From: an uncultured Ktedonobacteraceae bacterium
GTDB lineage: Bacteria; Chloroflexota; Ktedonobacteria; Ktedonobacterales; Ktedonobacteraceae
Length of the DNA stretch: 60,116 nucleotides
Assembly: GCA_964250915.1 (NCBI GenBank)
Contig: CAXUIS010000002.1
Span: 18,736 to 78,851, forward strand
Direction: 5' to 3'
The position numbers were made by a program, and so were the translations under genes. Under the pieces are notes generated by a model. The model saw only the letters and a program-made list of their open reading frames with translations. It had not been told where the DNA came from and made no database searches. Below, one piece after another: positions 37,001 to 46,512 of this stretch (positions are counted from its first letter, which is position 1; the number at the start of each line of letters is the position of its first letter).

Positions 37001-39628
37001 TTACTTCTTCTCAGGAAGGTGGACGCGTAAGGTGCTGGTAAGACGAATGTCTCGTGAGGAGGCTCCCACATACACCTGATAGTCACCACTCGCAATCTCC
37101 CAACCATTCATGCTAATGCTCCAATAGGACAGGGGACGCAATGTGGAGTTCGGGTCTAGCGTCACACTCACCTCCTTGGCTTCCCCCGGCTTCAGTTCGA
37201 CCTTCACCCAACCCACCAATCGTTTGGGTGGCTCATCTGTACCTGCAGGTAAGCCAAGATAGACCTGTGCAGTCTCAGTACCCTCACGTGATCCGCTATT
37301 GATGATAGTGAAACTTACACGAATGGGCTTCGTGCCGTCGGTCATCTTGGGTTCCACCTGAATCTGAGCATACGTGAAACTTGTGTAGGAAAGCCCATAT
37401 CCGAACGGAAAGAGCGGCTCCAACCCAAACAGATCGTAGCCCCGGTAGCCGACACCAAGCCCCTCGCTGAAACGAGCGACGAGTTCTGTCTTGGAGTACT
37501 GCTCTAGCGAGGAAATCGGAGTATCACTGTTGCTACGTGGGAAAGTAATCGGCAGCTTCCCTGATGGGGTGACATCGCCGAAAAGAACGCTAGCGAGGGC
37601 GTTACCCTGCTCCTGACCACCATACCAGCTCTCTAACACAACCGGAACGCGATCAAGCCACGGCATCAAGGCTGGACCACCAGTAGCAAGCACCACGATG
37701 GTATGTGGATTGACGACAGCAACAGCATCAATGAGTAAATCCTGCTCGTTGGACAACAGAAGACCTGGCAAGTCGGCATGCTCGTTACGGTAGTCGCGCA
37801 CGACGACGACTGCTATATCCGACCGTTTGGCGAGTGCTACCGCCTCTTGCATCGCCAACGGTATCGCGTCCGCTGGGTGTTCCCAGCCGAGGCGTATCTT
37901 GCTACCAACCATACCAACAGTCGAAGGATCTCCGGGAATGGGAGTTCGCTGCTCCGGTCGATCAGCCATATAGTCGATTCGCAACGCATGCGGTTGAGCA
38001 ACGGCTAAGTGCAACGTCACCGACTGGACTTCCAGCGTCACCCCAGGATTGTCGATGAGCAGCACGTCATCAAGATACAAACGCGCTGTCCCTAAATGAG
38101 TAAGTGATAGCGTGTAGTCGCCAGTTGCTGGCACAGTGAGATGGCCCGTCCAGCGCACCGAGATGGCGTTGTTGAGATCCTTTGGTGTTGGTGACAGCGA
38201 GGATGCTGTCATGCTACTATAGTTGAAGAAGCCGAGGTTGAGGTTCACCTGCCAATCTGTGCGAACGAGTCTCGGTTCGCCTTCAAAACGAGTATTTGTC
38301 CAGTATTCGGCGTGCAGCCCGTGAACTTCGGAACCAGAGTCGGTCGATGTGAGAACTGAGGACGGCACTGCTGGTGCACCAGGGAGCAAATCGGCTGCTG
38401 ATGCTGGGTCTACGCCCCCCACATACTCCACCTGGATACCCTCACCCGCACGTCGCCGAATGCCCTCCAACATGCTTACGACAAACATCGGCTTGACGAA
38501 GGCACTTCCCCCACCTGAGATGTATCTATCTGCATCTGCACCAATGACGGCAACCGACCGTACTTTGCGACTTGACAGAGGCAACAGTTCTTCAGCATTC
38601 TTCAGCAGAACGATGGCGCGACTAGCAGTCTCGCATGCGAACGTGCTGTGCTCCTGTACAGGCAACGAGCTGATCTGGACGGGATGCTCGAAGAGTCCGT
38701 GTGCAAACATGGTGCGCAAGACACGCCTCACCTTCTCATCAAGTGTGGTTATGCTCACCTGATTGGTCTGAATCGCCTCCAGCAGGTGGTCGCCAAAAAA
38801 TTTCGCACCAGGCATCTCCTGGTCTAGCCCAGCGTTGGCAGCCTCCACTGTACTATGGGTCGCCTCGTAGTCGCTCATCACCCAGCCTGTAAAGGCTAGC
38901 TGGTGCTTGAGTATGTCAATGAGTAAGTGACGGTTTTCGCAGGAATAGACACCGTTCACTTTGTTAAACGCGCCCATGACCGCACCAACCTGCCCATACT
39001 CCACGGCCATCTGGAAAGGTCGCGTGTAAATCTCCTGTAGTGTACGCTCGTCGATGTGTGCATCTACCCAGAATCGGTTCTCCTCCTGAGCGTTCAGATG
39101 ATAGTGTTTGGCCGTGGCAACGACGGAGTGACTTTGAACACCCTGAATATAGCCAGCAGCTAACTGTCCAGTCAACAGTGGGTCTTCTCCCAACGCCTCG
39201 AATAGCCGCCCGAACACTGGTAGACGGGCGATATCTAGCCCCGGACCCAGCAAGACATTATGCCCTGTTGCCCATGCCTCGCTGCCAAGTACGTCACCAT
39301 ACTGCTCAGCTAGTGCCACATCCCATGTCGCCGCAAGCCCAATTGGCGCGGGCAGTGCTGTGGCCTTCCCCTCATTCACGTCCTGTCTGCTAACACGGAT
39401 GCCAGTCGGGCCGTCGGCCATCGTCAATGCGGGAATCCCGAGCCGAGCAATGGGTGCGCAGTAGAAGCCATAGGGAGCAGGGGACTCTCCATGAACCATA
39501 GCGACCTTCTCCTCCAGCGTCATCTGTGCGAGTAGGAGCGTGGCCCGTTCATTCGGGGACAATGACGTGTTCAGCCACGGCCGCACATATGCTGAAGCTG
39601 GTGAATCTGTACTCCTGTTTTCCATCAT
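37001..39628 (-). CDS. Glycoside hydrolase family 3 beta-glucosidase with inserted PA14 domain
   Basis: GH3 N-domain with the GWVMSDYEA nucleophile region, a PA14-like insert (HAEYWTNTRFEGEP...), and a C-terminal Fn3-like domain. Confidence 0.9.
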   Translation of the reverse strand: MMENRSTDSPASAYVRPWLNTSLSPNERATLLLAQMTLEEKVAMVHGESPAPYGFYCAPIARLGIPALTMADGPTGIRVSRQDVNEGKATALPAPIGLAATWDVALAEQYGDVLGSEAWATGHNVLLGPGLDIARLPVFGRLFEALGEDPLLTGQLAAGYIQGVQSHSVVATAKHYHLNAQEENRFWVDAHIDERTLQEIYTRPFQMAVEYGQVGAVMGAFNKVNGVYSCENRHLLIDILKHQLAFTGWVMSDYEATHSTVEAANAGLDQEMPGAKFFGDHLLEAIQTNQVSITTLDEKVRRVLRTMFAHGLFEHPVQISSLPVQEHSTFACETASRAIVLLKNAEELLPLSSRKVRSVAVIGADADRYISGGGSAFVKPMFVVSMLEGIRRRAGEGIQVEYVGGVDPASAADLLPGAPAVPSSVLTSTDSGSEVHGLHAEYWTNTRFEGEPRLVRTDWQVNLNLGFFNYSSMTASSLSPTPKDLNNAISVRWTGHLTVPATGDYTLSLTHLGTARLYLDDVLLIDNPGVTLEVQSVTLHLAVAQPHALRIDYMADRPEQRTPIPGDPSTVGMVGSKIRLGWEHPADAIPLAMQEAVALAKRSDIAVVVVRDYRNEHADLPGLLLSNEQDLLIDAVAVVNPHTIVVLATGGPALMPWLDRVPVVLESWYGGQEQGNALASVLFGDVTPSGKLPITFPRSNSDTPISSLEQYSKTELVARFSEGLGVGYRGYDLFGLEPLFPFGYGLSYTSFTYAQIQVEPKMTDGTKPIRVSFTIINSGSREGTETAQVYLGLPAGTDEPPKRLVGWVKVELKPGEAKEVSVTLDPNSTLRPLSYWSISMNGWEIASGDYQVYVGASSRDIRLTSTLRVHLPEKK

Positions 39629-39719
39629 CTTCCTTCTTTTCGATACTGCACATTAGATGTATGGAGTGACATCCTCCCTCCATCTTCAGCCTCAAGCGTG
39701 CCAGAATGTGGCACAGGCA

Positions 39720-39787
39720 CTACAAAGCATTGCTCAGGTGGAAGGGAGCACTGAGGTGCTCCCTTCCACCTGAGCAATGCTTTGTAG
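39720..39787. repeat. Perfect 32-bp inverted repeat with 4-nt loop (intercistronic stem-loop)
   Basis: CTACAAAGCATTGCTCAGGTGGAAGGGAGCAC (39720-39751), TGAG, exact complement at 39756-39787. On the transcript it starts 3 nt after the permease stop codon and ends 91 nt before the GH3 start. Confidence 0.9.
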
Positions 39788-39790
39788 TAA

Positions 39791-40714
39791 TCAACCTTTG
39801 ACACTGCCAGCTCCCAGTCCACCACGCCAGAAGCGCTGCAAGATGATACAGCCAATAAGCAGTGGGATCGAGGAGACCAAGGCTCCGGTCACGATCAGGT
39901 TATAGATTGTCTGCGAATTGGCACCCGCATTGGCACCAGTCACATTCCAGCTCTGCAAACCCACCGTCACTGGAAAGAGACTGGGGTCACTGAACATGAC
40001 CAATGGCAGAAAGTAGTTCGTCCAGATGCCTACGAAGCCAAAGAGTAAGACCGTGACCAAGGCGGGCGTCATCAGGTAGAGCGCAATCCGAAAGGTGTGA
40101 AACTCGTTAGCCCCATCAATGCGTGCCGCCTCCAACAGTTCATCGGGAACCGAGGAGGCTGCATAGATGCGCGCCAGATAGACGCCAAACGGATTGACCA
40201 AACTGGGCAACAGCACCGCCCAAACGGTGTTGGTGAGTCCCACGCTACTCATCATTAGGTACAGGGGGAGAGCTAGGGTCGTCGCAGGCACTAGGATGGC
40301 TCCTAAGATCACCGAGAAGACCAGGCTCCGCCCACGGAAGACATATTTGGCGAGTGCATAGCCAGCCATGGCTGCCAGAAAGGTTCCCACTACACTACCT
40401 ACTCCGGCGTACAGCAGCGTATTGAGCAACCAACGTCCAAAGATGCCGTTGTTGTAGGTAAAGAGTTCCGAGAGATTAGTGAACAGATTGAAGTTGGGCG
40501 CGAACCACAGCCCAAAGGTACCGAACAAATCAGCCTGACTCTTGGTCGCTGAGATGACCAACCACAAAAAGGGAATCAGAAAGTAGAGCGTGAAGATGAG
40601 TAGGATGGTCATTGCCCCAACGCTGGCTAGGTTGAAGCGACGGCGATGCTCCTGTCTGGGAACCGCAAGTTCCTGCACAGTTGACAGAGGGACGGAAGCA
40701 GTTTGTTGACTCAT
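39791..40714 (-). CDS. Carbohydrate ABC transporter permease
   Basis: 6 TM helices and EAA loop LEAARIDGANEFHTF. Confidence 0.85.
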   Translation of the reverse strand: MSQQTASVPLSTVQELAVPRQEHRRRFNLASVGAMTILLIFTLYFLIPFLWLVISATKSQADLFGTFGLWFAPNFNLFTNLSELFTYNNGIFGRWLLNTLLYAGVGSVVGTFLAAMAGYALAKYVFRGRSLVFSVILGAILVPATTLALPLYLMMSSVGLTNTVWAVLLPSLVNPFGVYLARIYAASSVPDELLEAARIDGANEFHTFRIALYLMTPALVTVLLFGFVGIWTNYFLPLVMFSDPSLFPVTVGLQSWNVTGANAGANSQTIYNLIVTGALVSSIPLLIGCIILQRFWRGGLGAGSVKG

Positions 40715-40719
40715 GACGG

Positions 40720-41667
40720 TTACACTCCTGCCTGTCGTTGCGTGACACGCAAAACGCTAAACGAGAAGATACACGTGATGATCGCCAACACGACCGAAAG
40801 GGCAGCGGCATAGAAGTAATTGTTGTTGCTAAAGGCCGTGGTGTACGAATAGAAGACCGGCGTGTACGACGTGGAGATGTTGTTGGAGATCGCCGAGAGC
40901 ACCTGGGGTTCCGAGAAGAGCTGCAAGGTTCCAACGATGGAGAAGATGCAGGTTAGGATCAGAGCGGGACCCACCAAAGGAATCTTGATGTTCCAGGCCA
41001 GCCGCCAGCCCGTACAGCCATCGACACGGGCGGACTCGTAGATTTCTTGCGGAATGGCTTGCAGGGCAGCGAAGATGATAAGCATGTTGTAGCCCGCATA
41101 GGTCCAGGTGGCGATATTTGCAATTGACCAGAGCACGGTACCCGGCCCTAGAAAGTCAGGTGCTGGCAAGCCGAGGGCTTGGAAGCTCTTATCGATGGGG
41201 CTGAAGACGGGTTGGTAGAAAAAGGCCCACAACAAGGCAGCGATGATACCCGGAATAGCAAAGGGCACAAAGAAGGCCACGCGGAAGAAGGCTTTCAAAC
41301 GCACCACCGCCGAGTCCAGCAGCAAAGCCAGCAGAAGGGCGACGATGAGCATGACCGGAACTTGCACGATACCGTAGAGCAACACACGGCCTATACTCGC
41401 CCAGAAGCTCTGGTCCCGTACGACATCAAGATAATTGCCTAGGCCGTTGAAGCTGGTTGTAGCCGCTCCCAGCCCTAGGCCACTACGCTTAGACTGAAAC
41501 AAGCTTTGATCGATTGCATAGATGATGGGAACGATATAAAACAGGATAAACAACAACACGAAGGGCAAGAGAAACAGATAGGGGGCCCTATCCTTCGGTC
41601 GCAGCAGCCAGATGGGCCGCCGTGGACGGGCAGAAACAGAATCAAGTGAGGTGATTTTGAGAGCCAT
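40720..41667 (-). CDS. Carbohydrate ABC transporter permease
   Basis: 6 TM helices and EAA loop YESARVDGCTGWRLAW. ATG at 41667 has a GAGGAG SD, preferred over 41721. Confidence 0.85.
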   Translation of the reverse strand: MALKITSLDSVSARPRRPIWLLRPKDRAPYLFLLPFVLLFILFYIVPIIYAIDQSLFQSKRSGLGLGAATTSFNGLGNYLDVVRDQSFWASIGRVLLYGIVQVPVMLIVALLLALLLDSAVVRLKAFFRVAFFVPFAIPGIIAALLWAFFYQPVFSPIDKSFQALGLPAPDFLGPGTVLWSIANIATWTYAGYNMLIIFAALQAIPQEIYESARVDGCTGWRLAWNIKIPLVGPALILTCIFSIVGTLQLFSEPQVLSAISNNISTSYTPVFYSYTTAFSNNNYFYAAALSVVLAIITCIFSFSVLRVTQRQAGV

Positions 41668-41773
41668 ATGCTCGTTCTCCTCTCTGAAACTAGTATTTCC
41701 TACTACATGCCACTCCTTCACGGCCAGTGGACCGTGAAGGAGCCATTAAGGCATTCGACTGATCGTGCACGAC

Positions 41774-41851
41774 GCTCTTGTCGTCTGTAGAGGAGAACAC
41801 CTCAATCCTTGTAGAATGTAGAAGATGTTCTCCTCTACAGACGACAAGAGC
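41774..41851. repeat. Perfect 26-bp inverted repeat with 26-nt loop (intercistronic stem-loop)
   Basis: GCTCTTGTCGTCTGTAGAGGAGAACA (41774-41799) and its exact complement at 41826-41851, between the binding-protein stop (41876) and the first permease start. Confidence 0.9.
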
Positions 41852-41875
41852 AGTCAGAAAAGTGGTGGCACTAGC

Positions 41876-43213
41876 TTATGACGTGACGCTAAAGCCTTGC
41901 TTTTTCATGTAGGTGATAGTACTCTGTTGCGTGGCATTGAGTCCATCGCTTAGAGTGCCTTTCCCGTTGACTGCATTGGCGAAATTGTCCCCCATGTCGT
42001 TGTAGACCTGACCCATCGACGGCCCCCACTGAAAGTTGACATTTACCTGCTTGGCCGATGCGCTGAAGACCTGATTGATCACCTGGTTGCCAAAGAACGG
42101 CTGCGCACTGTTCACGGTGGACGAGCTTAAGGCAGTGAGCAAGGCTGGATATGCGCCCGTAGAAAACTCCATCTCGGCACTCTGTTCGTTGCCACTGATC
42201 CACTGAGCGAACACGCTGGCCTGTTGCGGGTGCTTTGAACTCTTGAAAGCCACGGTCGTAGACCCACCCCAGTTGCTACTGACGTTCTGACCCGCCTGCC
42301 ACTGGGGGAGGGGGGCAACACGCCACTTCCCTGCGCTCTGTGGGGCGTTTTGCTGGAGGATACCATTGCCCCATGCGCCGGAGAGCCATGTAGCAAGCGT
42401 ACCGGTCTGCAAGTCGCTATACCACGAGTTCGTGAAGTCTGGATCGGTCTTGACGAGCTTCTTACTGATTAAATCCTGCCAGTAGGAAGCCACCTGGAGG
42501 GCCTGAGGGTTGTTAATAGACACCTTCCAGGACTGCCCGCTGGTGGTAAACATGTTTCCACCATTCTGCCACACCAGTCCGGTGAACTGTCCTGGGTTTC
42601 GGGGCGGAAAGTCGGTGATGTAGGCTTTCGGGTTGGCGGCATGCAGTTTCGCGGCGTCATCGGCATATATTGCCCAAGTGGTGGGCACTGGGAGATTATA
42701 CTTTTTGAAGATATCTGTCCGGTAGTACAAGGCCATAGGACCACCATCCTGTGGGATAGCATACACTCCATTGCTGAGAGTGACCTGGCTCCACATCCAA
42801 GATGGAAACTGATTCTTCACCGAGTTCGCTCCGTACTGGGAAAGGTCAACGAGCGAACCAGTCGTCTCGAATTGCGGCAAGGTCTGGAACTCGATTTGGG
42901 ACAGGTCTGGCTCATTATTGGCCTTGATAGCAGTAAACAACTTGTTATACTCAACCGGACCGGAACCAACGTTACTCAACGTGATATGGATATTGGGATG
43001 AGTCTTGTTGAAGAGAGCGACCTGCTTGTCCATCCCTGGAATCCAAGACCAGTAGGTCAAGCTTACCGGGCCTGTTGTGGAGGTAGTGTTGCTCCCCGAA
43101 GTGGAACTTCCTCCACAGGCAGCAAGAGGAACCATAATCACGAGCACGGCAGCGACGAAGGCGAACCCAGATGCAAAACGGCGCATCCAAGGAAACGAGG
43201 AGAAAAGCAGCAT
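41876..43213 (-). CDS. Extracellular solute-binding protein (family 1) lipoprotein of the sugar ABC transporter
   Basis: Lipobox PLAACGGSS after a signal helix; conserved SBP_bac_1 layout. AAGGAGG SD before the ATG at 43213 (alternative ATG at 43186). Confidence 0.85.
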   Translation of the reverse strand: MLLFSSFPWMRRFASGFAFVAAVLVIMVPLAACGGSSTSGSNTTSTTGPVSLTYWSWIPGMDKQVALFNKTHPNIHITLSNVGSGPVEYNKLFTAIKANNEPDLSQIEFQTLPQFETTGSLVDLSQYGANSVKNQFPSWMWSQVTLSNGVYAIPQDGGPMALYYRTDIFKKYNLPVPTTWAIYADDAAKLHAANPKAYITDFPPRNPGQFTGLVWQNGGNMFTTSGQSWKVSINNPQALQVASYWQDLISKKLVKTDPDFTNSWYSDLQTGTLATWLSGAWGNGILQQNAPQSAGKWRVAPLPQWQAGQNVSSNWGGSTTVAFKSSKHPQQASVFAQWISGNEQSAEMEFSTGAYPALLTALSSSTVNSAQPFFGNQVINQVFSASAKQVNVNFQWGPSMGQVYNDMGDNFANAVNGKGTLSDGLNATQQSTITYMKKQGFSVTS

Positions 43214-43878
43214 AACCTGAAGCCTCCTTTGGCATATGAAAATAAGAACACGACAACTCCCCTCTCGATTAGATCGAAAGAGATCAATATAATGCTAAGG
43301 TGCTAGAAGCTTACGAATCAAAGAATGAACAAAAAAGTCAAGAGACGTAAAAGCGGGTGAGTGAAGTATGCATCTGGTGCTTCCAGGCAAAGTAGAGTAT
43401 TGCGAAGGATGGGGAAGACGAATCAGATGCGGAAGTGCAAATCCTTCCATTGTGCATAACTCCTTCGTTAGGACTAGCAACTGGTATGACGGATGTTAGT
43501 CTTACGTAGTGGAACAACACTGTTCCCGGATGGATAAAAAATCGTTCCAAACCGCTGTACGTCTATCCTATCAGATGGTTTTTGAAAGCAACTCTCCATC
43601 TGCTCGTAGGAATGGTTTGCGACAATACAGAATATCTGAGCTTAACCTGACACTGAGAGCTATTCTGCAACTCTCATAGGCTTTCAAGGCTTTTCAGCTC
43701 TCAATGCTTCGCCTCAAGAAGCACTCTTTATAGTGAGCCGGTACAAGAAGAAGTTTTTGATGCCACATGTCACGTCCCTTGATGAAAGTACACCTGAATA
43801 GACAGAACATGAAGTCAAAGTCACATGATCCGACTGAAACCCTAACGTTACTTTATACGATAGACGTTAGTGAAATTA

Positions 43879-43939
43879 GGACGTGATACGTGTCACGTCC
43901 CTTGACAAAAGTATACATGCTATGCAATACTTTTGTCAA
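43879..43939. promoter_or_regulatory. Two adjacent palindromes upstream of the second LacI gene
   Basis: GGACGTGA-N6-TCACGTCC (43879-43900) and TTGACAAAAGTAT-N12-ATACTTTTGTCAA (43902-43939). The motif TGTCACGTCCCTTGA.(A)AAAGTA.AC also occurs at 43768-43793. Confidence 0.35.
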
Positions 43940-43995
43940 TATAAGAAAACCTCTGCAAAATCGTTGGAGGACCTTTTATTTCCTCAGGAAGTTCT

Positions 43996-45033
43996 ATGAT
44001 TGAGAAAAAACACGATTCATCGGTGCGAACCTCTCCTACTAGTGTTGATGTTGCCCGTAGAGCGGGAGTATCACGAACAACTGTTTCCTATGTGCTCAAC
44101 GAAAATGGGCATGGGCACGTGAGCGATGAGACCCGGATGAAAGTATTGCAGGCGGCGCATGAAATGAGTTATAACACACACTTCTCAGCTCGTGCCCTAC
44201 GCAAGGGACAGAGCGATGAGATATGTCTCATTGTCGATCTCCCCCTCACTATTCATCGCACTGAACTCTTCGTCTCTTTGCAACAGCATGCTCTGCACTA
44301 TGGTTACCCCGCTGTCGTTTACTTTAGCCATGGTCTTCCCCCCGATCAGGTAGAAAAACAGCTGTTCAAGATATTTGCACGCCGTCCCATAGGCATTTTT
44401 GCTACTGCGGAGAGCATGACAGCCGAACACGTTGCGCTGGCGAAGAGTATGGGCGTAAACAATATTGTTCTGTATTCTGTCAAACCGATTACGTATGCTC
44501 GTACCATTATCCTCCCTACCATGGATGCAGGAAGGCTGGCTGCTCTGCATTTGATAGAGCGTGGGCACCGCCATTTAGGGTTAGTTCATCCTGCTGAACC
44601 TCTCCACCAATATGGATTTCTGCGGCGTCTGGAAGGGATGCGATCAGTCCTTTCTGACATACCAGAAGCGACACTCGACATCCTCCCCCTTGAGTACTCA
44701 TTGCCCTCTGCTCATACCCTTGTCGATAGCACTCTCATGGGAGCTAGTCATCCAACTGGCATTTATGGCTACAATGACGAGTATGCCCTGCTCTTGCTAG
44801 GGGCACTGCTTGACCGTGGGAAACAGGTGCCACAGGACGTAGCCGTGATGGGAACCGATGATATCTCTTTTGATGAGTTTATGCGACCATCCCTGACATC
44901 TATTCGCTTTGACGCTATCACTCTTGGCAAGCATGCAGTTGAGATGCTAGTTACCGAATACAAAGCACAACCACTTCCCGAAGAGTTTTCACGGACACTA
45001 ATGCCACAGTTGATTCCGCGCCGTTCGACCTAA
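43996..45033 (+). CDS. LacI family transcriptional regulator
   Basis: SVDVARRAGVSRTTVSYVLN HTH plus a sugar-binding fold. Confidence 0.85.
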   Translation: MIEKKHDSSVRTSPTSVDVARRAGVSRTTVSYVLNENGHGHVSDETRMKVLQAAHEMSYNTHFSARALRKGQSDEICLIVDLPLTIHRTELFVSLQQHALHYGYPAVVYFSHGLPPDQVEKQLFKIFARRPIGIFATAESMTAEHVALAKSMGVNNIVLYSVKPITYARTIILPTMDAGRLAALHLIERGHRHLGLVHPAEPLHQYGFLRRLEGMRSVLSDIPEATLDILPLEYSLPSAHTLVDSTLMGASHPTGIYGYNDEYALLLLGALLDRGKQVPQDVAVMGTDDISFDEFMRPSLTSIRFDAITLGKHAVEMLVTEYKAQPLPEEFSRTLMPQLIPRRST

Positions 45034-45174
45034 TAACTATGACAACAAACGCTTCGTCAATTTTTGGATTATATTGCAAAAAATCGAAGAATATTCAGTT
45101 TATCCGACGACTAACAATCAATCTCGTTAGTTAGATAGGACTCCGTTAACTGGTAAAACATTTAGCCTTCAATG

Positions 45175-45187
45175 TTGTATCATACAA
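45175..45187. promoter_or_regulatory. 13-bp palindrome TTGTAT-C-ATACAA (candidate LacI-type operator)
   Basis: Perfect palindrome 47 nt upstream of the amidohydrolase ATG and downstream of the LacI gene. Confidence 0.25.
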
Positions 45188-45233
45188 AAATAAATAGCAC
45201 TTGTCTGCAAAAAGAGAAAGCACAAGGAGACCT

Positions 45234-46505
45234 ATGCTAGCAATTACAAATGCAACGATTATTGATGGTACTGCTGAACATGATCCATATGAAAATGGCA
45301 CGATTTTGATTGATGATGAGCACATCCGTGCTGTCGGAGAAAAGAGCAGAGTGTCAATTCCGCGAGATGCTACGGTGCTTGATGCGCAAGGTGCAAGTGT
45401 GTTACCAGGTCTGATCGATACGCATGTTCACATGATGATAGAATACCCTGACCTTGTTCGTTCACTGAATACTCCGCCTTCACTTAGTCTTTTTCAAGCT
45501 ATCCCTCGTCTGCGCGCGACACTTCACGCGGGCTTCACGACGGTACGTGACGCTGGAGGTACACCCGCAGGTGTCAAAATGGCGGTGGAGCGCAGAATTA
45601 TTGCTGGTCCCCGTATGCAAGTGGCGGTCTCCTTGATCTCGCAAACGGGAGGTCACGGAGACGATTACTATCCGTGTTGCCTTGACCTTGGTTTCTTTGG
45701 CTTGAAGCTGCCCGATCTTCCCGCAGGGGTTGCAGATGGTGCAGAGCAGGTACGTCAGAAAACACGCGAGATTCTACGAGCTGGTGCTGATTGGATCAAG
45801 CTAGCAACCACTGGTGGCGTTCTTTCTACAGCAGATGCTCCCACTTCTTCACAGTTGACGGTGGAGGAGATATCAATTGCCGTCTATGAAGCGGCTGCTC
45901 AGGGGAAGCGTTGTATGGCCCACGCACAAGGTACTCAGGGTATAAAAAATGCTTTGCGCGCAGGAGTTGCCTCCATCGAACACGGCATCTACCTTGACGA
46001 TGAGGCAATCGATCTTATGCGTGAGAAGAATGCCTATCTCGTTCCAACGCTCATTGCGCCCATTTGGGTAGCCGAATTTGCACAAGGACATCCTGATATT
46101 ATCTCACCCTTCATGGTGGAGAAATCCTACGCAGTCATGGATGCTCATAAGCAAAGCTTTCGCCGTGCTGTAGAGGCGGGCATTTCGATTGCGATGGGAA
46201 CGGACGCGGGTGTAGGCGCACATGGAGAAAACGCGAGAGAATTACAATTGATGGTTGAAAATGGCATGACTCCACTACAAGCTATTACAGCTAGTACGCA
46301 AAGCGCAGCACGCCTCTTACATCTTCATAAGCAGCTTGGAACGCTTGAAGCGGGCAAAGTTGCGGATGTTATCCTGGTTGACGGACAAGTCCATCAGGAC
46401 ATTCAAAAACTCATCAATCCAGCGAACGTAAAACTGGTGCTGAAAGGCGGTGAAGTGGTGAAAAATCTTACAGAGACAACACTGTCGATGGCAGCAAGTC
46501 TCTAA
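45234..46505 (+). CDS. Amidohydrolase-superfamily metallo-hydrolase (prolidase / imidazolonepropionase-like)
   Basis: PGLIDTHVHM metal motif, later MAHAQG, IEHG and GTDAG motifs. AAGGAG SD before the ATG at 45234. Confidence 0.8.
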   Translation: MLAITNATIIDGTAEHDPYENGTILIDDEHIRAVGEKSRVSIPRDATVLDAQGASVLPGLIDTHVHMMIEYPDLVRSLNTPPSLSLFQAIPRLRATLHAGFTTVRDAGGTPAGVKMAVERRIIAGPRMQVAVSLISQTGGHGDDYYPCCLDLGFFGLKLPDLPAGVADGAEQVRQKTREILRAGADWIKLATTGGVLSTADAPTSSQLTVEEISIAVYEAAAQGKRCMAHAQGTQGIKNALRAGVASIEHGIYLDDEAIDLMREKNAYLVPTLIAPIWVAEFAQGHPDIISPFMVEKSYAVMDAHKQSFRRAVEAGISIAMGTDAGVGAHGENARELQLMVENGMTPLQAITASTQSAARLLHLHKQLGTLEAGKVADVILVDGQVHQDIQKLINPANVKLVLKGGEVVKNLTETTLSMAASL

Positions 46506-46512
46506 ACGCTTC

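Noticed and set aside
28500-43300. Impression that 28.5-43.3 kb is more GC-rich (about 55 percent) than the flanks, i.e. a horizontally acquired island next to selC
   Set aside because: Hand counts of single 60-nt lines gave 52-55 percent there, but also 57-62 percent in parts of cysS, the GH5 gene and 44-46 kb. The contrast is not robust without a proper sliding-window calculation.
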